Shown one piece after another: positions 1 through 11,289 of a DNA stretch of 64,000 nt. The stretch lies in assembly GCA_023515725.1 (NCBI GenBank), contig JALDTO010000146.1, forward strand, positions 806,001 to 870,000, read 5' to 3'. A program made the translations under genes and the position numbers. Below the pieces are notes generated by a model, which saw only the letters and a program-made list of their open reading frames with translations, was not told the origin of the DNA and ran no database searches. Numbering within the stretch: the first letter of the stretch is position 1; each line of letters opens with the position of its first letter. Source of the DNA: Amoeboaphelidium protococcarum X5. Lineage: Eukaryota > Fungi > Aphelidiomycota.

Positions 1-1
1 A

Positions 2-73
2 CTGATTGAAATTGAGCCTGTTCAGCCCGAATGGGAGCAGTTTTGTCAAGATTATAGACCAGTGCCTCACTGA
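2..73 (+). CDS. Probable 3' end of a gene entering from the left (...LIEIEPVQPEWEQFCQDYRPVPH*)
   Basis: Open frame from the window edge to TGA at 71-73, convergent with SEC7; too short to identify. Confidence 0.35.
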   Translation: MIEIEPVQPEWEQFCQDYRPVPH

Positions 74-176
74 TAGTAACGTAGATAGTTTCGATTAGTC
101 GGAAATATATAAAAGATTTAAAGTAAACAGTCATAATCGTTCATATTTATTTTGTAGATTGACAACCAATGATACA

Positions 177-3100
177 TCATTTTAAATCAGCACTCTATCT
201 AAAGTACGAGTGGACAACTACAGAAATCTTTTGCATAAAGAGACTGACAGGGATCGACACGTCATCTCCCTTTTCACAGCGAGTCTATAATGCAACAGCC
301 AGATCGAAAAGCTTTGGAATATACTGTTAAATCTAGTCATGCTGATTACTTTAAGCCAAATGTTGATCATGCCAAGACAAATGGACAACTTAATACCAAA
401 TGATACAGACAACATTTCTCCAATTGTTAATATCGCGGACATGCTTTTACAGATCCGAATGAAAATCAATGTAACGCTTTGATATCAGTAGACATTATTA
501 CATAGTGTCATCAAAGTGAGAACCAGCTCTAGCAAATCTATCACCCAAATTACGATAGGAATTAAAGACAACGCAGATATAGAGACTCAGTGATATCGTC
601 TCCTGCTTAACCAAGTCTGGCATTTTTTGAACCACACCACTCGTTTTCAGGGCCAGCCGCAACTCATAATCTTCATTAAACGTCCTAGCAAACCGAAATG
701 ATGCAGTAATCTACGATAGCCAACGGTTTTAAAATTACTCAGGCATCAAGGTGAAGCAATCAGAAGGAAACAACTTTGTCTAATCACCAACCAAAGACTT
801 TAAAGGTTTGCCTCCAAGAATGTTCATGATAGGATCATCAATCTTAAACATCAAGTCTTTCATCATTGATAGTATCATGAGATGAACCGCGCATTTCATT
901 ATAGCTTTGTTGATGTTGATGGATGAGATGATTTATGCTTCATTCTCTGCTTCAACGTCAGTAAACTTTACACTACTACTACCACCGCCAGAGGTGCTTT
1001 ACTTGGGATATTGGAACAGATCATGCGGGAGAGTCTTTTTAAACAGCTGTTCCAGCCCGCCAGTAACACTTTCCCAACAGCCATTATCAAATTACTTGAA
1101 GTTTTGCACAATAATAGAACTGAATCCCAATACGGCAGACTGCGCCAAAGAGTCAGAATCACGATCCAGTAGTCATGAAAGACAAGCGATAACGTAGGAA
1201 AAAAGTTACTCATTTCCTCTGAGCACATCAAAGTTGAGCTTACACAACTCCAACAATCTTCTGATACAGTGAGAGTATAAGCTATCAAGTGAACTTTCTG
1301 GCTGACTAGGAGTTCCCTCTTGCAGATTCAAAATTGGAGATACAACCTTTTTCAATAAAATATACCACTGGCCATCGGCAGCATTGAACAATGTTATCAC
1401 ACTTTTCAGTTTGTCAAATAGCATATCCATCACTTTAAGTCGCATCTACTAATTCTGAGACTCCAAAATTATGTTGGTAAATCCAGAAAACAGAGGAATC
1501 CATTTGAAATGCAAATCATCATCACTGGCATGCGTCTGTCCAGATTTCTTGTGAAGATCGCCAAGTCTACTTATAGATTCCACCAACAGATTCAGCACCT
1601 CATTAAAGATCAAGCGATGATCGTCAACGTCTTTCAAAGTGCTGGCGGCAGAACTTTCTCCGTCTTGGCTCTCAAATCTTTACACAAACGATACGACACA
1701 TTACACGTAATCAACCAAGTACTCATCAACGACACCAGTATGATTCCTAACAATCTCTTACAAGAGTCCAAAGGCTTTTCTTATAATTTATATATCACTA
1801 TCAGTCTACTATGTTGAAATAGAAATCACCACAAATATCGATTTCCACCCAGATTATATCGATTTCTAGCGAGCCATGATAATCTGCGACAATGATTAGA
1901 AAATCATCTCTTTCGCAGCGACGTGCTTGCTATTTCTCATAATATTCTCAAACGGCCTCAAAGCTTCACAATGACCATCAAACTTCGACAACTCGGTGCG
2001 ATCCAAGTACTTCAAATTGAGCTGACGGAGTGCATCGATAGCCTGAATCGCAATGTCCACGTTAGAATGACAGCCAGCGCCACTAAAGTACACAGTCAAT
2101 ACCTTCCATATTTAAGACCACTCAAATCTGATTCTGTTCATATTGTAATGAGAAATCTCTACAACTTTCTGCAACAAATACAACCGGCCTTCATTGTTCA
2201 TCTCATACTACGATACTTGACAGATAGCTTCATAAAATTTCATCACAGACTAACCGCTTAATCGAGCAGTGAGAGCAAACAGCTTGTCAATACTAATCAT
2301 TGTCTCTTGCGACTTGAATCTCACAATAACAGACTGTAAGGAAGGGCGTCTCTTCAGCAAATCATCAACTTTAAGAATCGGAGGCTGAGATTAAGAATCA
2401 GAACTCTTCTTGCCAGATAATGGGGCTACAACAGCAACTTTCTGACCACTTCCATCCCCTATAAGCTGGAGCAGATCCAGCAAACTTAAGACAGATAAAA
2501 CGCGGCCCCAGCAGTCTGCGAGAAAATTTCCAAACTTAAAACTTATTTAAAGCATAGCTTTAAACGCAACAAAAGTTTTCGTCTACAAAGAAGCACCATT
2601 TACTATCGCCATTTTACAAAGACATTGTACGAGAGAATCCACTTCTTTCTAAAGATCCATCAGGCAGGCGGATTCTACTCCTACAGAAAGAGACTGTAAG
2701 CACAAGAGAACAACGTCTTGATTTTCATCTCCAAATGCGGATTACAAATTACTGATATCAAAGTCGATACTAACACTACTAATGACGGAGCATTCAGCAA
2801 ACGCACGTTCAAGCACTTGGAGAACTGGCTTAAAAGCAACCAAGAACATTGATTTAGCGTAATCAACGTGAGTGGCATTTTTGAACTTTGGAACAATGCG
2901 CTCCTAACCTTTTTTAAGCAAATTAATGGACTTTTAGCGATTGGAAGCAAAATCTTACCGAGACGAATCAGCTCTCTCTTAACCCCCAGCCGGAGGCACC
3001 TTGTCTTTACCATTTGTGCTACCACTACCGCCACCAAACAAAAATCCGATAGCTGTCATCTTTTTAATCTCACGCTAAACCTTCTCCTCCTCAAGGACAA

Positions 3101-5723
3101 TTTCATTAGAAGAAATCTGTTCAAAAATTTAACGCATAAAATCTTCAGGCAGATCACTAGCATCGTTGATGCCTCGATTGTTGCGTATAAAATCCTCCAC
3201 CGTCATACGATGCTTTACACTTTTCGAGTGCTGATCAGTATTGAGCATCATTATAGAGAATGCCAGCACATACGCCGTCTCAGCTTTGGCAAATATTTAC
3301 GGATTATTCTCACAATACCTAGCAGCAAATTTCTCCATAATCCTGTCAATCTTCTACGCTTCTCCCGGGAGACGAAACTTTTACAGAAACTGCCGAATGG
3401 CATCAACAAATCCAACATTGCTAAAGTCAAACATGTCGACAAAGGCGTGCATAACGTTGATATGGAACTCCTTCCCTTCACCGATACAGTCGCCAATACT
3501 TCTCTTGTTCAATTGTGGAGTTTTGAATAGAAAATCTGCGACACTCGTCACATCGCTGAGGACTCCAACCTCTAGCAAGAACTTCAATCCCTTGGGTCCA
3601 TTCTCATTGAATAACACAATACCTTGTTTAGTGGCTGATTTCATCTTGTTAATTCTATCAGAGTCTTCATAATTGGCTGCGACTGCATTACTAAACGCGG
3701 GGTTATCCACCATGTTCATTGCCTGCATGGGATCGCTTCGACTACCAACAATCACAGAAGACTGAGTTAACGACTACCGGCCTTTATATGATTCGTCTTA
3801 CGGTGAGGCTTCATTGCTATGAATTTCATTCTTAATAAAGAACTCTTACATATTGCTGGTGATTATTTCCAATAGACCAGACGACGGCTTCGATTTCCCA
3901 TCCATCGGAGAAGACACACTCTAGTCCTACTGATCCAAAGAGGATGCAATGCACTCACTTATCCATCCTCTTAAAGAGAAAACGATAGCCTACAAGCACT
4001 TGAGCGCTTTAATTCTAAACTTGCGCTCATTCAGGATGGTGGGGTCCGTCACATTGTTGTTAATATAGCCTAAGACGCCAACCGACAAATCTTTACTACT
4101 CTTATCGCCGGCAGACAAGAGCTAACCAGTTTAGCTGACAAGAACGCCATTACCGTTGGCACATTTAGTCAATATATAAACTAGACGCTCAAAAACACAA
4201 ACTAAGCCAACTTCGCAATCATAATTCAACCAAATATCAGCCAAAATTTTTGGATTAGAACACAATTTATGCAACGCATCTAGTATTGAATGCTTCAGGC
4301 GGTAAGTAGTGGATGGATGTTCCAGCAGAAATAGATAAATCTCATTAAATAAAATCTCCATTTCAGGCTTCAAAGGTCCACGAAACAATTTGACCAATAT
4401 CAAGAATACAGAGAGACTCAGATCAAAAATCGAGAACTGGTTCGATTGGAGCAAACTATTCTTGCTAATCGATAAAGTCACCTAAGTCCTAATCATTTAA
4501 ATATACGGATCTTCGCTCTAAAGAATTGGCCCAGAATTGGTTAGCACAGACAACAACATTTCCAAGCCCAAAGATCTGGCTCTTAGTGCAACAGCAGAGA
4601 GCTATTCCACAGTATTCGACGATGAGGCATTTTAAACTGTCTAATTCTTGTCGCCGCTCTATTTATCAACCTTCATGGAGAGTCTGCATAGAAATCGCAA
4701 AATAATAAAGGCATCCCGTTGAATAATGCCTTTGTAGTTCTGCATTGAAGCCGGTTCATAAGGATTATTAAGACGTGACTGCTCCTCCACAACAAACTGG
4801 ACACCGCCTTTCATTTATTGAGAGCTCCCACTCACTGATGAGCTTCCATCATCAGTATCGCCGCGACGTGGCTAATTCAAAGCTTCATTCGAATCCCTTA
4901 CGCACACCTTCTCCAACATACTGAAAACGTGATGACAAATCTGCATTAGACCGGCTCTTGCAGTAACTTCAACATTCGGATTACCACAATAAAGCCATAT
5001 ATTAGCACAACATTAAACAACTTTTAGCAGTGACAATTCGTGAATCTCACATCCTCCTCCATTACTACTCAGTTTTCCATCGCCGCCTTGACTTTCACTA
5101 GCAAAAGATTTGATTGAACTATTCTATGTGATAGCAGTCAGTAATAATTTGATAATTTATAAAAGTACTCCAGTCTCTGCTTAAATAAGCTTTTCATGAC
5201 CACCGGGGTTGCCAAGCAGAGGTGGAATAAGAACGGGAGACGCACTCACGATGCAGTGAATGATGTCGTCTATCAACATAGGCGGGTAACTGGACATTAT
5301 TCGCTTGCCGCCACTACCATCATCATCCTTCTTATCACCGGCACCATCATTGCTTTTCGACGTCGACTATTGCTTGGAAGAGGATTTATCATCGGGATCC
5401 TAGCCATCACCGGTTTGAGATTGGACAGGGTCAAGAAAAGCATCTCCTCTAAGGTTATTCGATGCTATGAGCTTCTATATCATATCCAATGCCAACTCCC
5501 TCTACTTTACAGACTAGGACGGATGAATGGCTTTCTTTAATACTCCCCAGTACTTATCACTCTCAGCTTTATGACTATTATTACCATGAGAGGAGCTGTT
5601 AGAATCAGATTAGACTTTCTCCAACTCTGCAACACTACTCTAAATCAAGGTGTACAGCTCCTTATTCCTCCGACCATCAACTTCTCCCTTAATCTTACTC
5701 AACGCAAACTTTGTGTTAATCAT
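177..5723 (-). CDS. SEC7: Large ARF guanine-nucleotide exchange factor, Sec7/BIG family (1848 aa, TAR=Gln, no intron needed)
   Basis: ATG 5723 to TGA 177 is a multiple of 3. Contains a DCB-like N-terminus (ELALDMIQKLIA), HUS motif (DIWLNYDC), Sec7 domain ([21 protein letters not shown]...FRLPGEAQKIDR) and HDS region (AIDALRQL...LRPFE). Confidence 0.93.
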
Positions 5724-5904
5724 AATGCAATTTAATGTAGAATATCAACCAACTCTGATGTGCTTAATGAAGAGAGAGAGAGAGAAGAAGAAGAGAGAGA
5801 GGAAGAGAAAGCTAAGAAACCACAAATCCAAACACTCGCTGAAACGGAAAGGACATCTCATTAAAACAATCGCGCCTTATCGTCCTTTCTTTCCTGCTTA
5901 AGTG

Positions 5905-6306
5905 GTTGCTCGCACACAGCTCTGGATGATCGTTCGTAAGGTATGTGCGTTCGTTCATTTGTTCACTCTAGGGTGGGAAACTATTCACTCAGGCATCGGA
6001 GCTACTAACCCTGCCCAATAAATTCACTACGCCAATCACAAAGTTACAATGTCTTGTATGTGTATTGTAGGCGGAAAGACATTGCGTGCCTTTCATTCAT
6101 GTGTGTGTGTGTGTGTGTGTTGAACATCGAATGTAGAAGTTTAGTCATGGATCTTTTGTGTACATTCAAGTAGGCCTCTTAAAAAAGGTCAGGCTTGAAT
6201 AAAAGTTCGCTTTGTGTACATCGGGGATTGTTCATGGTTTAAACTTTTGTGATCATTGTTCCCTTCAACACACCATTTGAGTGGATATTTCCCAGTGTGC
6301 TGCAAC
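5905..6306 (+). ncRNA. Candidate telomerase RNA core (template, pseudoknot and CR4/5-like domain); true ends unknown and may extend to about 6450
   Basis: Template CTAACCCT 6005-6012; pseudoknot stems 6033-6040/6059-6067 and 6047-6055/6076-6084; three-way junction with P6.1-like AAAG-TTCG-CTTT 6202-6213; long-range closing helices 5974-5991/6278-6294 and 5905-5917/6295-6306. Many G-U pairs favour the + strand. Confidence 0.72.
6101..6120. repeat. (GT)10 microsatellite
   Basis: Directly visible; its 3' part is complementary to TTCAACACAC at 6264-6273. Confidence 0.95.
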
Positions 6307-6538
6307 TCCCTCCTTTCCTCTTCTCCACTATATAACCTTTTCAAACTTTCTTAGAGCGTTTGCGTCTAGACTGTGTTCTTACCCGTTTTCATTGCTGGTG
6401 GTCTGAAACGCGCTTGTGAGATTGGATGGATTTTTCAATCTTTTCAACACTTTCGGCATTTTCTCACTTCAGTCTCTGTGTGAAAATTGGTCAAATCTTT
6501 ATTCATTCACTTATTCACACAATAGATCGATATTCCAA

Positions 6539-8302
6539 ATGTTGATATAGAAGAAGGGTATTAAAGGAGCCGCGGCGAATTATATCACGCGTACCAGAGC
6601 GGTGAGGAAGCTGTAGATCTCCTTGTCAGATTTCCGTAAGCTGTGCATTCTGAAAGGGATCTATCCAAGAGAGCCCAAGTCAAAGAAGAAGGCTGCACAG
6701 GCTGGTGTTGCGCTGGCCAAGGCTAAGAAGGGTGCCACTAGAGCGCGTTCTGGTAACACGAATAACACATTCTACTACGTGAAAGATATCTAGCATCTTC
6801 TACATGAGCCGGTACTGCACAAGTTGAGAGAGCGACACGCGTTTGTGAAGAAGATTAAGAAGGCCATAGCTAAGCGCGATTTTCATGCAGCAAATATTCT
6901 GGAGAATAATGAGCCCGTCTACACGCTGCACCATCTGGTTAAGGAGAGATATCCAACGTTCACTGAGGCCCTGATGGATCTTGATGACTGTCTTTGCCAT
7001 GTATTCATGTTTGCCACTCTTCCGCTGGACTATGGTAAGAAACACGATCATGATACCTTGACTCCGCAAAAGATTGAGAATTGTTAGCGTTTGTGCAACG
7101 AGTTTATGACTTATGTGATTAAGACTAATTCTCTGCAGAGTATGTTCTGCTCTATCAAGGGCTACTATTACCGCGCGATTATCAATGGAACTCCGATTAC
7201 GTGGCTGGTACCTCATGAGTTTACGTACACCCCCGTGATGACTTCGATCAATTCTCAAGTGGCAACTGTGGGTGGTGTAAACGCTGGTGCAGGTGCTCTG
7301 GATGTGGACATGCGCGTCATGTTGACATTCCTGGAGTTTTATGAATGTATGCTTGGCTTTGTGAACTTTAGATTGTTCTCTTCCATTGAGACTTCATATC
7401 CACTGGAACAGCGTGAACTCAGATGGACAATTGAAGATCTAGATGGTGAGTTTGATGTTAATCAGATGTAGAGAGTATCTAATCAAGAGGGGAAGAAGTC
7501 TGCTGATAAGATCCAAGTTTAGAAGGTGAAAGAAGTGGAGAAGAAGATTGGTGAGATTATTAAAGACACTGTGGAAGGAGATCGCGCTCTGGAGTAGTTT
7601 AACGCTGACGTTCAGTCCAATGAAAGCCCTCAGTTGGAAATTGACACTATGGAATCTAGCGCGCTATCTTCCGATGAAGTAAAAAGCGGATACAAGATAT
7701 TCAGTGGTCTGACTGTCAAGATCAATAGAGAAGTACCTAGAAAATCTACTCTTTTTATGCTACTTGCTCATGGTGCCAACGTTATACTTCCTTTCTAGTC
7801 TGCAGTATCATCCGGAATTACTCATGAGATTTGTGATCGTCCGCTTGAACATGTCAGAATGGAACCGAATCGCAAGTATGTTCAGCCTCAGTGGGTGTTT
7901 GATTCTATCAACCAAGGCAAGATCCTGAGTGAAGATTTGTATGCCGTTGGAAAGTCTCTGCCACCTCACTTGAGTCCATTCTATGACTATGTGTAGAGTG
8001 AGGCGAAAGTAGATGATATGGTTGTCACCGAGGCTGAAGTGGAAAAGGCCACTGAAAAGGTTGTTGTCAAAGCCACTGCTGCAGATGGAGCTGCTTCCAT
8101 TGATGCTTAGAACAAGTTGAAAAAGAGTATGAGTAAGGAGGAACGCGAAATGGCCAAGATGCTCATGTCCAACAAGAAGAGGAAGTTCTTGGAGCAGATT
8201 GAGAAGAGCAGACACCATCAGTAGCTCGCGGAAGATAAGCTAGCCCAGAAGCGTGCCAAGATTGCAATTGCCAAGCAAGAGTAGAAAAAGGTAAAGAATT
8301 GA
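6539..8302 (+). CDS. NOP7: Pescadillo/Nop7 ribosome biogenesis factor (587 aa)
   Basis: N-terminus [33 protein letters not shown] (Q=TAG); [41 protein letters not shown]. Confidence 0.96.
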
Positions 8303-8452
8303 ATTAAAAGATCTCAACGTTTATTCTCACGTGTCTCTTTCAAATATCAGTTTGTTTACATTTCTCGTTTGCTCCAATTCTTACCGCAGTACTGTAGTTT
8401 TCACGCTTTCTCGCGTTGTCGTTGTTGACTTGAGCAAAGCTCATTTTGTTCT

Positions 8453-9127
8453 ATGGTTGCGTCTGACAGTAACATTCACATCACTCAAAATTCTGTTAAA
8501 AATTTCAACATGTTTGTGGTGGCTGCAGCTATAGTGAACCTTCAATAATCTAAAAATGTCATTGATTATACGATTAAACTTGTCAAAAATTTAAAAGAGT
8601 TCAAGCTGTACTTCATTCATTGCATACCTCTGATTGAGTCTACCAAGATGCCTGTTATCGATACTCTGGAGCGGACTTTGAATGTGGAAATGAGAGATGC
8701 AGATAGAAGGTAGTCGAATTAGATGCTCAAGTACATGGACTAGTAAGCGAATCCCTTGGGAGTAGAGTATGAGGTGATCATTATGGAAGAGAATAGATCA
8801 ACTGAGGATTTGCTGGAAGGTTTCGTGGAGAATTACTCGCCAGATTTGTTTCTGATCGGCTCCAGGCCTGATCGATCCAAGTCTGTTGATTCAATAGCGC
8901 GTTAATTCACCATTGGTCAACCGCTGGATGTTGATGCAGATGATAATTATGGATTGGACTCGGGAAAGACAGCTGGCGTCGATGTTAATAGTTAACTGGA
9001 TATGATAGATGACGAACAAGAACTGTCACCAATGAGAAAGTGGTTATTCTCACACTCTCTGACTCAGTATCTGGTTGACAATTTACAGTGTTCTGTGCTA
9101 GTTGTAAAGTGGGAAAACTAGCATTGA
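8453..9127 (+). CDS. Universal stress protein (USP) domain protein (224 aa)
   Basis: Open ATG-TGA frame with TAR=Gln; PDLFLIGSR and C-terminal SLTQYLVDNLQCSVLVVK match the USP signature. Confidence 0.75.
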
Positions 9128-9204
9128 TGTTAGTGGCGTCTTGTTCATAAAGAAATCACAAAACTGCGAGAAATGTAAAAAAGTTTTATATTACAATATG
9201 AAAT

Positions 9205-9681
9205 TCAATTTATATTCTCGAGTTCCACCAGAACGTTTCCACAATCTTTTGGGTGAAGGAAGGCAACGCGCTTGTTGTGCGCTCCAATCTTAATCTTTGA
9301 CTCTTCACTCTCTCCAAGAATTCTAATTCCCATCGCTGAAACGCGCTCGCACGCCTTGTCAATGTCGTCCACTTCTATGCAAATGTGGTGAATGCCGCCA
9401 TCCTTCTGCTTGTTGAGGAAATTCTGGATTGGCGACTTGTCCCCCAGTGGCCTAAGAAGTTCTATTTTAGTAGACTTGGAATGCATTATATCTTCTCCAC
9501 TTCCATGTTCAATCGTGTCCGTGTTCACAAACACCGTGGTGACTCCATGCTCTGGCAAATCTTTGGCTTCAGACACCTGGGCGCCAAGTACATTCTTGTA
9601 GAAATTGACAGACCTTTCCAAATTGTTTGTAGCAATAGCCACATGATTAATTCTTCCCAACTTGAATAATTATTTATTCAT
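9205..9681 (-). CDS. MCEE: Methylmalonyl-CoA epimerase (VOC family, 158 aa)
   Basis: MNKQLFKLGRINHVAIA...LPEHGVTTVFV...KIELL...GGIHHICIEVDDI...IGAHNKRVAFLHPKDCGNVLVELE. Confidence 0.93.
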
Positions 9682-9896
9682 GATATTATTGAGTGATTTT
9701 AAGTTTACACTTTCTTGAATTATTAACTTCAAAACAGAAGTAAAAGAGAGTAACGCATGAAGTGTCAGTGGCAGCAGCAGAAGATTGTCTTGTTTGAAAG
9801 ATCGCGCTCTGTCGTTCCCTCTTTCGCCTTTCTCCTCGCCATAAAGACACAATCCTCCTGAAATCTATCACGCACAAGGAAGATTGAACAGTCATA

Positions 9897-11219
9897 ATGC
9901 AAGCGAAATAGTAGTAATTGCCTAATGCTTCTATCATTATAGACTATGCTGTGATTCAATAGTCTGTTGACGATCCTATTTAGCTAAAGCATTTTCTCAA
10001 GAACTTGGTTAGTCTAGTTGGTCCCAAAGTTTAACGCCAGATCATACACTTTGATCTCTTGCTGTAGCGTGAAGTCAGTCTGGGAACAGAGGAGCGATAG
10101 TTATGGAAGAACCGTGGTGCTCATGTCAGAAGTCTTTCACTCTCCTCTGCCTCGCTGCAGATGGCTTTTGATGTTCTGCGACACCTCAGAGAAGGCGTAG
10201 AATTCTTCATGCTGATCGGAGATGCTAAAGAACTATCGCCTTTAGTTGAAATCCTAGTCTATGATTATGATGTTCACGTTGCTTTGATTCATGCTGGTAG
10301 CAAGACATAGGCCACTAGTCCTATGAAGTATTGTAAGAGAATCGATGGGATAGCGTATGTGAATGGTATTACTGAGCTGTTAGGTGAGGATAATGCCGAG
10401 CCTTTGCGGTTTGAAGATTAGATTTCCTCGGCGCTGAATGATATATCATTGGAGGATACTCACAATGGCTCTGCAAAGTCAACGCGTACATCTCATAATA
10501 GATAATCTAGGGATTCATTATAGAGTAAGAAGAAAAAGGCAAAGGCTGAGGTAAAATCTAATGGCCATCTCACTTCTGAACATGTGAATTAATAACCAGA
10601 TACTAAAGTTAGCCAGCTGAAATAGCCAAGAAAGGATGCCAAGTTGGGTTAATTCACTTAAGCAGTGAATGGAAGTAATCCAAATGAAATTAGCATGGAC
10701 TTGGTGTATCCTATTCTGCAGCGATTATTGCTAGAAAGTGAAAAGAAGAATGTGGCCTTTGTCAAGTGTTAAACTGCTGTCCATGGTATTAAATGGACAC
10801 CTTTTAAAGCTCTTGGTTTTGCTGCATGGACTGACGTATGGAATAATCTTGAATAGACTGGTTTAGTTGTACTTCGTCACGCCGAGGATAGTAATAGCAA
10901 TCATAAGAACGGTGATATAAATCCTGTTGAGAACTAACCACAGAGTAATTAGGATAAGAGAACTCTAGGATAAGTCTCGCTGACCATGTAAGGATTTGTA
11001 AATGTGGTGGATCATTACAACTAGACTTCATCTGCTCCCTCAGTATCTGCTCAAGATCCCATCTACAAGCCTGTTGAGAAATGCATTATTAGATTATAAG
11101 CGTTGGGTTAATCTGGTTCTGACGTTACTGTCAATTCTGTATGCGGATATTTGAAAAAGTACCTAGGTCCTTACACTCAATAGTTTGTGATTGACTTCAA
11201 GATGCTACCAAAGATGTGA
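9897..11219 (+). CDS. Degenerate NYN (PIN-like) domain protein with a putative OST-HTH/LOTUS-like C-terminal region (440 aa)
   Basis: Open frame. IIIDY and FMLIGDAKELSPLVEIL resemble NYN motifs; FKALGFAAWTDVWNNLEQTGLV resembles LOTUS. Family call is pattern-based only. Confidence 0.5.
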
Positions 11220-11289
11220 AAAATATAATATCACAATTTCATCAATACATCATTCTGGTCAATTTAATAGTTAATCGTCATTATCATCA

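Noticed and set aside
2868-3530. Long antisense ORFs in the track (e.g. 2868-3530, 6800-7258, 24437-24952, 28802-29317, 45650-46171, 48156-48701)
   Set aside because: They are shadows opposite well-supported genes and contain no recognisable motifs.
5941-6070. Apparent intron: AAG|GTATGT donor, TACTAAC at 6003-6009 and TAG acceptor at 6070
   Set aside because: The branch-like motif is about 60 nt from the acceptor, the intron would be about twice the local length, and TACTAAC overlaps the CTAACCCT template. Splicing would remove one side of several long-range helices. Kept only as an alternative to test by RT-PCR.
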